A stretch of DNA of 64,000 nucleotides from an uncultured virus (IMG/VR IMGVR_UViG_3300010885_047555). Lineage: Duplodnaviria; Heunggongvirae; Uroviricota; Caudoviricetes. Location: the IMG/VR virus record IMGVR_UViG_3300010885_047555; one strand, 5' to 3'. Made by a program: the position numbers and the translations under genes. The notes under the pieces were generated by a model. That model was not told the origin of the DNA and did no database searches. It worked only from the letters and a program-made list of their open reading frames with translations. This document shows, piece after piece, positions 9,099 through 17,600 of the stretch; positions within the stretch are counted from its first letter, which is position 1, and every line of letters begins with the position of its first letter.

Positions 9099-10478
9099 AT
9101 GCCATTTAAATCCGAGCAGCAGAGACGTTATATGTTCTCGCAGCACCCAAATATCGCTAGTCGTTGGGTGAAAGAAGAAAAGGCTAAAGCCAAAAAGGAA
9201 AAGCGTGTGCCTAACTATGTAGTCGCCAAATCAGCGTTTGGTATCGAACACGCTGGCGAAGAAATTAACAAGGCTGGTTTTGGTAGTCTTTTGCGTCTCG
9301 GAGCTTCAGGAGAAAAAGGCGCTAATGCCGCTTTAAAGGGAACTCGCGAAGTAAAAGCTGTTCACGACATGCCAAATGTCGCAGCAAAGCCTAAAGATAT
9401 TTTAAGTAGCGTTAGAACCGCTCAAGCGCGTGCTAAATCAGTTCACCCGCCAATTGCTCTTGGTACGGGCAAAGAACTTGTTCCCTTTAAACCAGCTCCA
9501 TTTGTTGCAAAGCCACGTCCTGTAGGAATTAAGGGAACTGGGAATCCAGTTAAACCAAAAATTTCCTTACCATCAGCACCAAAACCAAAAGTTCCAGGTC
9601 GTGCATCTAGCGGTTTTACTGGTTTTAAATCTGGCATTAAAACTGGGGCAGTTCCAAATCCAACAAGAGCCGGAGTATCCAGTGGAAGACTCGCCCCACT
9701 CACGTCTAGTCAAAAGGCTACGCAATCTGGCGCAAAAGTTGGCGCTAAAGTTAGAAACGCACCAGCAGCAGCCAAAGGAAGACTTGTTGCTACCGGCAGA
9801 AACGTTTCCGCCAAGACAAAAGCTGTCGCAGGCAATGCTAAGGGCAAGCTTGTCTCCACTGGAAACAAGGCCAAGAATGGTGCTAAAGCGACAGCCGGAA
9901 AACTCGTTACGACTGGAAGAAACGCGAAACAGACTGCTAGCGCTAATATTAATGCCGTTAAAAGAGGCTACAACACGGCCGCGGCAGGCAAAGAGGGTGG
10001 ACTTCATGGCGCACTTCGAACTGGAGAAGCTTCTTCTTACCGTGCAGGATCGGCAGCAGGAAAAGCCAAGGGCAAAATGGTTTCAACTGGTTCGAAAGCT
10101 AAAGCAGGCGCGAAAGCCGCTCCAGGAAGATTAATGACTTCTGGTAGAAATGTTAAAACTACAGTTGGGGATAACGCACATGCCCTTAAAAGCGGCTACA
10201 GGATGGGTAGAACGGGTCAAGAAGGCGGTTTGCATGGAGCACTTAGGTCTGGCGTAAAGACGTCTGAAAAGGCCGGTAGAGGCGCTGGAAAGGCCGTTGC
10301 TACGCGTTCAGCTAATAAAGCCTCTAAAGTAAGAATTAAAGCAGTTCAAAATGGTCCAAAGTCTCAGGTTGCAAACAAAGATATTAATCCAGCCACTGCG
10401 GCACTCGCAGGCGGCGCTCTCGTTGGCGCTGGTGCGGGCGGAGCAGCATTAGTTAGTCGCCGACGCAAGGAACAATAA
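9099..10478 (+). CDS. very basic repetitive putative internal head protein with SAFGIEH motif and C-terminal hydrophobic segment
   Basis: Starts MPFKSEQQRRYMFSQHP; K/R/G/A-rich internal repeats; ends AALAGGALVGAGAGGAALVSRRRK. Confidence 0.65.
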   Translation: MPFKSEQQRRYMFSQHPNIASRWVKEEKAKAKKEKRVPNYVVAKSAFGIEHAGEEINKAGFGSLLRLGASGEKGANAALKGTREVKAVHDMPNVAAKPKDILSSVRTAQARAKSVHPPIALGTGKELVPFKPAPFVAKPRPVGIKGTGNPVKPKISLPSAPKPKVPGRASSGFTGFKSGIKTGAVPNPTRAGVSSGRLAPLTSSQKATQSGAKVGAKVRNAPAAAKGRLVATGRNVSAKTKAVAGNAKGKLVSTGNKAKNGAKATAGKLVTTGRNAKQTASANINAVKRGYNTAAAGKEGGLHGALRTGEASSYRAGSAAGKAKGKMVSTGSKAKAGAKAAPGRLMTSGRNVKTTVGDNAHALKSGYRMGRTGQEGGLHGALRSGVKTSEKAGRGAGKAVATRSANKASKVRIKAVQNGPKSQVANKDINPATAALAGGALVGAGAGGAALVSRRRKEQ

Positions 10479-10963
10479 TGCTATCTGCATTTGGAATTAA
10501 TCACGGTTTAATATCAAAAATGGATCCAGGTTCTACCGATATGCACGTAAATAGACCAATTGGTACCGCTAATAAATACGTTCAAACCATAAATACCGGA
10601 AATAAAAAGGTTCCTAAAAAAGCATACCCATTTCTTCATGCTTCCGTAGTTAGAGCTTACGATGATACTCGGGCACATAAAGTTAGGGCTGCTACAAAAC
10701 AAGCAGGAGCCGCCTCAATAGGTGGTGCCGCTGGAAGTTTAGCGGGTTTAACTGCAGTTTCACTGGCTGGTAAAAGAGTGCCAGCACTTAGAAATTCTTC
10801 CAAAATTCTAGGAAGAACGCTCACATCTGAAAGAAAAATTGGTCTAGCGGCAGGTGTTGGCGCTGGAGCCGTTGGTGGAACAGGTGGCGCAGCAGCAAAC
10901 TACTACGCGCTTGAAAACACCAAGAAAAATAAAAAATACAAATTTAGGAGTCATAATGGATAG
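10478..10963 (+). CDS. putative internal head protein with N-terminal SAFGINH motif and two Gly-zipper segments
   Basis: TAATG coupling to the upstream gene; MLSAFGINHGLISK. Confidence 0.6.
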   Translation: MLSAFGINHGLISKMDPGSTDMHVNRPIGTANKYVQTINTGNKKVPKKAYPFLHASVVRAYDDTRAHKVRAATKQAGAASIGGAAGSLAGLTAVSLAGKRVPALRNSSKILGRTLTSERKIGLAAGVGAGAVGGTGGAAANYYALENTKKNKKYKFRSHNG

Positions 10964-11168
10964 TCTTAATGTAAATGCTCTTAAGGATTACGCTTCATCT
11001 TTTGCGGCAATTCTTCTTACCTTCTTTGTCGCAAGCGGCGCAGATATTACAAAAATTCACGCAAACGATATTAAAGTGTGGATTGCGGCTGGTCTAGGAG
11101 CTGTTTTACCTCCAATTATTGCAGCTCTTGACAAGAAAAATCTACGTTACGGTCGCAAAGGCGCGTAA
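10956..11168 (+). CDS. small two-TM membrane protein, holin-like
   Basis: AGGAG RBS; two hydrophobic helices and basic tail (LDKKNLRYGRK). Confidence 0.5.
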   Translation: MDSLNVNALKDYASSFAAILLTFFVASGADITKIHANDIKVWIAAGLGAVLPPIIAALDKKNLRYGRKGA

Positions 11169-11647
11169 TGACGTTTACGTATTCTGGAAACCCATCCAAC
11201 TCCCCGTTGGACGAGGTTCGCTTTTACATCCAGGATACCAATACTAGCGATCAGTTACTATCCGATGAGGAAGTCAACTATCTAATTGGCAAATGGTATC
11301 CAATATATGTTTCTTTTATTCTGGTTGCCGCTAACGCCTGCGATATTATTTCATCGAAGTTTGCTAGAGAAGTCACTTACAGCGCAGATGGTGTTTCTGT
11401 TGGAGCCAATGAACTCCAGCAGAAATACACTCAATTGGCAAAATCTTTGCGTGATCAGTACAAACTGGAAAAAGAAGTAGGTGGCGCTCCAGATGTTGGA
11501 GGTATCATCTATGGAGAAGAATTTGACCCAACGATTGCTCCATTGAGCTGGTCAAAGGGCATGCACGACAACTACCGAGGCGGCCAGCAAGATTATGGCG
11601 GCGCCTGGAGAAGCCCAGAACCCGAGACCGGAAGTACGTACCCATAA
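11168..11647 (+). CDS. head-to-tail adaptor
   Basis: MTFTYSGNPS.SPLDEVRFYIQDT...LLSDEEV.YLI motif and synteny. Confidence 0.75.
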   Translation: MTFTYSGNPSNSPLDEVRFYIQDTNTSDQLLSDEEVNYLIGKWYPIYVSFILVAANACDIISSKFAREVTYSADGVSVGANELQQKYTQLAKSLRDQYKLEKEVGGAPDVGGIIYGEEFDPTIAPLSWSKGMHDNYRGGQQDYGGAWRSPEPETGSTYP

Positions 11648-12084
11648 TGCCTAGGACCATATCTGCAATGGCGGTTAAATACGTCAGAGTTCACGCTGAA
11701 GCACAGATGGAAGATACGGTCCGTATTTACAGAAACAAACCTTCTGCTCTAAATACAGACAACGGACTAATTGAAGCTGGCCAAGGTTATATAGTCTATG
11801 AAGGAAAAGCCAGAATTCAGAATGTTAATGGACCCGCTCCAATTGTTATTTCCGAGGGAGATTTAACATTTTCTGACACCTTTGGTTCAATCCCCGTTGA
11901 TATTGACGGACCAATTCCGATAACTGACGATACTCTTATTGTGCTTACGCATAAAACGGATCCAGATTTAGTCGGAAAGTCTTTTCGCATTACTGGCGTA
12001 CATGGCGGCGGGTATCTTATGGCTGTAAGAACTATGCACCTCAGAACCATGGCAGACAACAGAACTTGGCACGAACATGACTGA
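11647..12084 (+). CDS. head-to-tail stopper (DUF6093-like)
   Basis: MEDTVRIYR...VYEGKARIQ motif and synteny. Confidence 0.7.
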   Translation: MPRTISAMAVKYVRVHAEAQMEDTVRIYRNKPSALNTDNGLIEAGQGYIVYEGKARIQNVNGPAPIVISEGDLTFSDTFGSIPVDIDGPIPITDDTLIVLTHKTDPDLVGKSFRITGVHGGGYLMAVRTMHLRTMADNRTWHEHD

Positions 12085-12562
12085 TGTTGCTGCCGCTACG
12101 GCAGATTTAACATCATTGATTGGTAATCTGCAAAATGCCCCCAAACTTGTTGAAAAACTGACCAAAGAACTAATTCACGACACTGCTGATAAAATTGCTC
12201 AAATTGCTAGATCCAAGGCTCCGATTAGGACTGGCGCTTTACGTGAAAGTATCAACATTCAATATGATGGAGATTTTTCAGCAACCATCGGTCCGCACGT
12301 TGATTACGGTGTTTACCAAGAATTTGGTACGGCGTCCAGGGGAGAGTTTGGTGGACAGCCATACACAATTGTTCCCAAAAAGGGAAAATATTTGGTATTC
12401 ACAATTAATGGCAGAAAGATATTTGCTAAAAAAGTAACGCATCCTGGAATTAAACCAAAATACTACATGCGTGGAGCGTTAGAAGCAGTTTTGCAACCTT
12501 TTATTGATGAACTTACAGAAATTGGTGCTTTGGTTATCGTAAAGGGAAAAAATGCTAAATAG
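12077..12562 (+). CDS. HK97 gp10-like tail completion protein
   Basis: APIRTGALRESI...YGVYQEFGT...HPGIKPKYYM. Confidence 0.8.
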   Translation: MTDVAAATADLTSLIGNLQNAPKLVEKLTKELIHDTADKIAQIARSKAPIRTGALRESINIQYDGDFSATIGPHVDYGVYQEFGTASRGEFGGQPYTIVPKKGKYLVFTINGRKIFAKKVTHPGIKPKYYMRGALEAVLQPFIDELTEIGALVIVKGKNAK

Positions 12563-13010
12563 ACGTATTCTTACTAAAACAATAATTGATAAGGTCAAAT
12601 TAACTGGTAAACCTGTTGGAGACGGCGTAACCCCTAAGGGGGCAGGCTGGACGGGCGGACAACCAAACGCGGAAGGGACAAACTTTGTTCCGTTCTGTGT
12701 TGTCGGTATTGGCACTTCTTCAAGCAGTTCGGGGCCAATTAGTGATTTTCAAGCAGACTGGCAGACAACATACACAGTCAGTTCGTTTGGTGTTTCAAGA
12801 GAACAAACTGAGTGGACGGCCGATTTAGCGCGAACCAATCTTGCGTTGCTAAAGGGCACTACACTTAATCTAGGAGACGCTAACTATAAAGTAATTTCAG
12901 TTAGAGTTGACGCAATTGGTGGTATCCAAAGGGTGGATGCTACTGAACCACAATATTGGGGCCAAACAGATGCGTATACCGTCTGGGTCACAAAAACAGC
13001 TACTGCATAA
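12552..13010 (+). CDS. tail terminator
   Basis: Position just before the major tail gene; size. Confidence 0.65.
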   Translation: MLNRRILTKTIIDKVKLTGKPVGDGVTPKGAGWTGGQPNAEGTNFVPFCVVGIGTSSSSSGPISDFQADWQTTYTVSSFGVSREQTEWTADLARTNLALLKGTTLNLGDANYKVISVRVDAIGGIQRVDATEPQYWGQTDAYTVWVTKTATA

Positions 13011-13037
13011 TGCAGTACCTTTCGCGGAGGTAAAAAT

Positions 13038-13817
13038 ATGGCCCGTTTAATTCCAAACGGCAACACGAAAATTTACTACCTGGACACTGCAACTCTTGGC
13101 GTTCCAGCTTCTGTCAGCGCTACAGACTTAGCGAGCACTGGTATTGATGTAACTCCTTATGTTATGTCACTTCAGGCTTCTGTTGCTGCGCAGGCACTTC
13201 CTATCCCGGCAATGGATTCGCGTTTTGAACCCGCTATTCGTGGTGTGGAACAAGGCACTTTCCAGATTGATCTCTATAGAGACGATTTGACCGAAGGCGG
13301 ATCAGACACTGCATGGAACACTCTTTCTCGTGGAAACACTGGAATTTTTGTAATTTCACGCACAACAAATACTATTTCAAATGGCGATTATGTTGAAGTG
13401 TGGCCAGTATTGGTTCTTTCACGCTCAATGGCAAATATGTCAAGCAATGGTCTATTGACATTCACGGTGCAGGCAGCTTTGACAGGCGCACCTAATGAAC
13501 ACTTCCAACTAACAGCAACCGCAGTTCCATCAGCACCAATTAACGTTGTTGCAACCCTTGGAGCTTCTACCGGACTTGTTACTCTCGATTGGGATCTCCC
13601 AACACAGGGCGGAACAATTACTGGCTACAAGGTCTACAAGGATTCTACTGCGGGCGGAACATTTGCCACACAGATTTCCACCAACATTGTTATCACTGGA
13701 ACGACAGCCGCGCTTACTTCACAGGCGACTAGTCTTACGTTCTACAAAATCGTTGCTACAAACGCAACTGGCGATAGCGCCAAGTCGTCTGTATCTAACG
13801 GTGTAACCGTAGTCTAA
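13038..13817 (+). CDS. major tail tube protein with C-terminal fibronectin type III domain
   Basis: GGAGG RBS; VEVWPV motif; VPSAPINVVA..VTLDW..P..GG.ITGYKVY...YKIVATNATGDS FN3 pattern. Confidence 0.85.
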   Translation: MARLIPNGNTKIYYLDTATLGVPASVSATDLASTGIDVTPYVMSLQASVAAQALPIPAMDSRFEPAIRGVEQGTFQIDLYRDDLTEGGSDTAWNTLSRGNTGIFVISRTTNTISNGDYVEVWPVLVLSRSMANMSSNGLLTFTVQAALTGAPNEHFQLTATAVPSAPINVVATLGASTGLVTLDWDLPTQGGTITGYKVYKDSTAGGTFATQISTNIVITGTTAALTSQATSLTFYKIVATNATGDSAKSSVSNGVTVV

Positions 13818-13835
13818 TAATAGGAGAAACTGCAG

Positions 13836-14267
13836 ATGCCCACTAAAGCAGAAGGTGTAACAGCACGTCAAAAGCAAAGCGACGCTTCAAAAAGAGTCAC
13901 TTTTGAAATGCTAAAAACAAAGCCTCGTGCGGAACAAGAAATTACGTTTCTTATGAACACCGAAGGTGGAAAAAAAGAAGAAGTAACATTCTTGTTCCGC
14001 TCGATCGGCTCTGTTGATTATGACCGCCTTTTAACTAAAAATCCTCCAACAACTGAACAAAGAGCAGAAGGCGCTTCGTATAATATTAATACGTTTGCTC
14101 CAGCAATTCTTTCGTCTGTGTGCGCAGAGCCTGAAATGAGCCCTACGCAATGGTCGGAAATCTGGAATTCTCCAGACTGGAACCGAGGCGAAATTATGCA
14201 GTTGTTTGTATCAGCAGTTGAACTTTGCAATCAGGGGATGGATATCCCTTTTTTCGACAGAGGCTGA
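13836..14267 (+). CDS. tail assembly chaperone (G)
   Basis: Between major tail and tape measure genes; ends at slippery CCCTTTT. Confidence 0.85.
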   Translation: MPTKAEGVTARQKQSDASKRVTFEMLKTKPRAEQEITFLMNTEGGKKEEVTFLFRSIGSVDYDRLLTKNPPTTEQRAEGASYNINTFAPAILSSVCAEPEMSPTQWSEIWNSPDWNRGEIMQLFVSAVELCNQGMDIPFFDRG

Positions 14268-14623
14268 GATATGACAATCAGTTCTACTCAGAACTTCAGC
14301 TATGCAATGAATACGGAATTCCACATTCAGAATTTCTAACCTGGTCCTATGAGGACAGAGCTAAGTCGTTGGCCTTTCTCATAGAAAAGGGACTTAGATG
14401 CCAATTGTGCGGAACTGCGCAATGGGAGTGGGAAGAAAGTAAATATGCATACGAACCAGTGTCTCAATTCTGTCAGGGTTGTTACACAAAGCACGTCACA
14501 GAAGACGACAACGCGCTTCCTGGGACAACCGTAACCTTGCTGCCCACCTCTGGGCAGGCGGCTGCGAAACGTCGCGTGAAAGAGAAGCGTATAGCCGAAA
14601 GGACGTCGTCAGATAATGGCTGA
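14246..14623 (+). CDS. tail assembly chaperone, -1 frameshift extension (GT)
   Basis: Track ORF 14225-14623 is in the -1 frame; heptamer C CCT TTT at 14246-14252. Confidence 0.8.
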   Translation, partial: PFFRQRLRYDNQFYSELQLCNEYGIPHSEFLTWSYEDRAKSLAFLIEKGLRCQLCGTAQWEWEESKYAYEPVSQFCQGCYTKHVTEDDNALPGTTVTLLPTSGQAAAKRRVKEKRIAERTSSDNG

Positions 14624-17600
14624 ACAAACAGCTAATGTAGTTTTAACCGCCGACACTTCCCAATACAATTCTGAAATAGACGCTTCCGTACAAAGAACAG
14701 AGAAGCTAAAACAATCTGTCAATGGCCTTGTTACTACCATGGACAAGATTGGTAAAGGTGTACGGAAGGGTCTATTCGGCTTTGCCGCAGCAGACGCTGT
14801 ACTCCTTACTGGCCTTACTCTTTCGGCCTCAAAATTTGAAAAAGAGCTTGGTACCTTAAAGGCTACTTTAACTTTAAGCCAAAAAAACACCGATGCGGCT
14901 AGCGCCTCTTTGTCATCGTACCGAAAAGAAATTCAAACTCTTTCTGCCACGATTCCCGCTTCTCGCCAAGAAGTGACTGGTCTTATGACCATGATGGCAA
15001 AATTGGGCGCTAGTTCCGATTCCGCCACAAAAGCAACAAAATCTGTACTTGAACTGGGTCACGCTACTGGCGAATCTGCTACGGCAATTGCTAACAATTT
15101 AGTTCAATTAAACACCCAAATGGGAACATCCATGGGAACAGTATCTAAGTTCTCTGACCAATTGGCAGTACTATCAGTAAAAGCTAACTCTTCTGTTGAA
15201 TCCATTACTTCTTTTGCGTCCTCCTTAGCTCCAATTGCTCGTACCGCTGGGATGACGCAGCAGCAATTACTTGCCGTTTCGGCTGCCTTTAATAAAGCTG
15301 GCGCTGAAGGTTTTGCTGCAGCTAACGCGTATAACACTATTCTTTCGGATATTACAAATTCTATTCAAACCGGTTCTCCTGCAATTTCTAAATATTCGAA
15401 TCTTCTTGGTGTTACTGTAGAACAATTCAAAAAAATGGGTGCCGCGGAATACACCTCTAAGCTTTTTAATGAAATTTCACGTGGTGGCCCTGGAGCAATT
15501 AATCTTTTAAATCAGCTTGGAATTGAAGGAATTAGGGCTCAAAGGGCCATTCAAGCCGTTGCATCTTCTGGCGGTATTGAGGCAATGCTTGGCGCCTCTC
15601 AAAATTCTGGTGGTGCGGCCGAAAAGGGAAGTGGAGCGGCAACACAAAATCTATTTGATGAACTGCAAAAGAATAAAAATAGAATTGAAAATTTTACTAC
15701 GGAAGTTGGCAAACCTTTAGCTGACATGGCAACTAAATTTTTGTCCGTATTTAATACGGTTGCAGAAAAAATTGATGAAATTACAAAGCCATTTCAAGGT
15801 TTTCTTGGTGTTGTCTTAGCGGTTTCTGGGGCTATCGCAACCCTGGTTGCCGGAATGCTTTCTTTGACCAAAATTATGGCAATTCCAGCGATGCTTTCTT
15901 TTCTAGGTAAATCAACACTAGTAGGGTCTTTTAGAGCAGGAGCTGGATCCTCATCATCTTTAGTTCAGTCATATAATGATAAGCAAGGATATTATCAAAG
16001 TTTAAGAAATCAAGGGCTTTCTCACGCCGAAGCAAATAATGAAATGCGTAGTCCTTCTGGAGCGTATGGGCCAATGGCTCCTATGAAACCGATGGGATTG
16101 GTAGAAAAAGGTTCTTATCAGTTTGGGCAAATGGCACGTCAAGCTGGTTTTACTGAAGGTGGCGGCGGCAATGCTCTATTCAAGGGCATAGGCGCTGGTC
16201 TACAAGGTTTTGCTGCCTACAACAGATGGTCTGCTGGGTTTATGGACGATGCCCGCAAAGATGGCTGGGCTAGAGGTAGTGTGCCCGGAACAACCCCTGG
16301 TGGTTCTGGCATGGGATTTGGTGCCGGAATGAAAGATATCGGAGCCAGTTTTAAAGGATTATTTGATGGAACGAAAACTCTTGGCGAAGGATTTAAAGAT
16401 TTAGGAAAGTCAACTTTAACACTTGGCCCAGCATTTCAAAATCTTGGGAAAAAAATTGGTGAAAGTGCCATTCTCAATTCCACCGTATCTAGGGGAGTTG
16501 CGGCTTTAGTGGGATCTTTTGCCCAGTTGAGTTTTGCCTCCTTGCGTCTTGCTGCCAGTTTTGTTGGCGCCATTGGAAAATTCATGATGCAGCAAATTGG
16601 CGGCAGCCTTTTGGGTATGGCCACAAACCCAATCATGCTGCTAATGGGTGGCATGATGCTAAAAAACAAATATGATGAAGATTTAGCAGCGTTGAAAAAA
16701 CCCTTTGATGAAGCATCTATGGCTATTAGAAAATATGATGATGCACTTGGAATTTCAACAAAGAAAATTTTGTCGTTTTCAGATGCAGTAGACCAGGCAC
16801 GAGGAAATACTACAAACAATGCCGTGAATGTATCTACCGCTTCTACCGTAAATTCTAGCGACACCGCCATAGCTGCATCAAAACCATATACAAACGACGC
16901 TGTAAAAAATCTTACTAAAGACGAAGCTCCGTCTTGGGTTAGGCGTCTTGGAATTACAGATCCAAAAGAAATGGAAGCTGTAAAGTTTGATTTAATTAAA
17001 AGGTTTGGATCCGTTGATGCACAAAAAATAATAGATAGCGCAGTGGGGTCTACAAACACCGCAAAAGATATCAGAGTTCAAGACTTAGAAAAATCAGTAT
17101 CGTTTGGAACTACCGTTACACAGTCCGCTAGAGGTAAATATAATACGCCAACAACAGACTGGAGAAGCGAAATGACTCCAGAGGCTATAAGCAAATTTAA
17201 AGAGAATTCTTTTGGAGCAGTTGGAACTTTTTCAGCACAGCAGACGCAAAAATACGGAGTTAAAGCTGGAGAACAAGCTGGCTACGTAGGATTTCTTAGA
17301 CTTTTAAAGGGAATTAAAGATATAGATCCTACTTATCGAACAAAATATATAGAAATGCTGCAAGACCAATATCTTGGCGGAAAAAGTATCGGATACGACA
17401 GCACGGATACCGAAAAAACAATTCTTAAAAAAATTGGAAACGAGACAATAAAGAAGCAGTTTGGAGATGACGTTTCTGCCACTGGGATTAAAGAGGCTGA
17501 AGCTACTCTAAAAAGAATGCAAACAACTGGTAGAAATACAATTACAGACAGAATTCAAAATTCTGGAGCAATTGGAATTTTTGCTACCGACAGAAATATT

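Noticed and set aside
16436..17059. Long antisense ORFs (also 6526-6924, 17631-18092, 26660-27100, 55337-55867)
   Set aside because: Shadows of well-supported genes on the other strand, with no RBS or motifs
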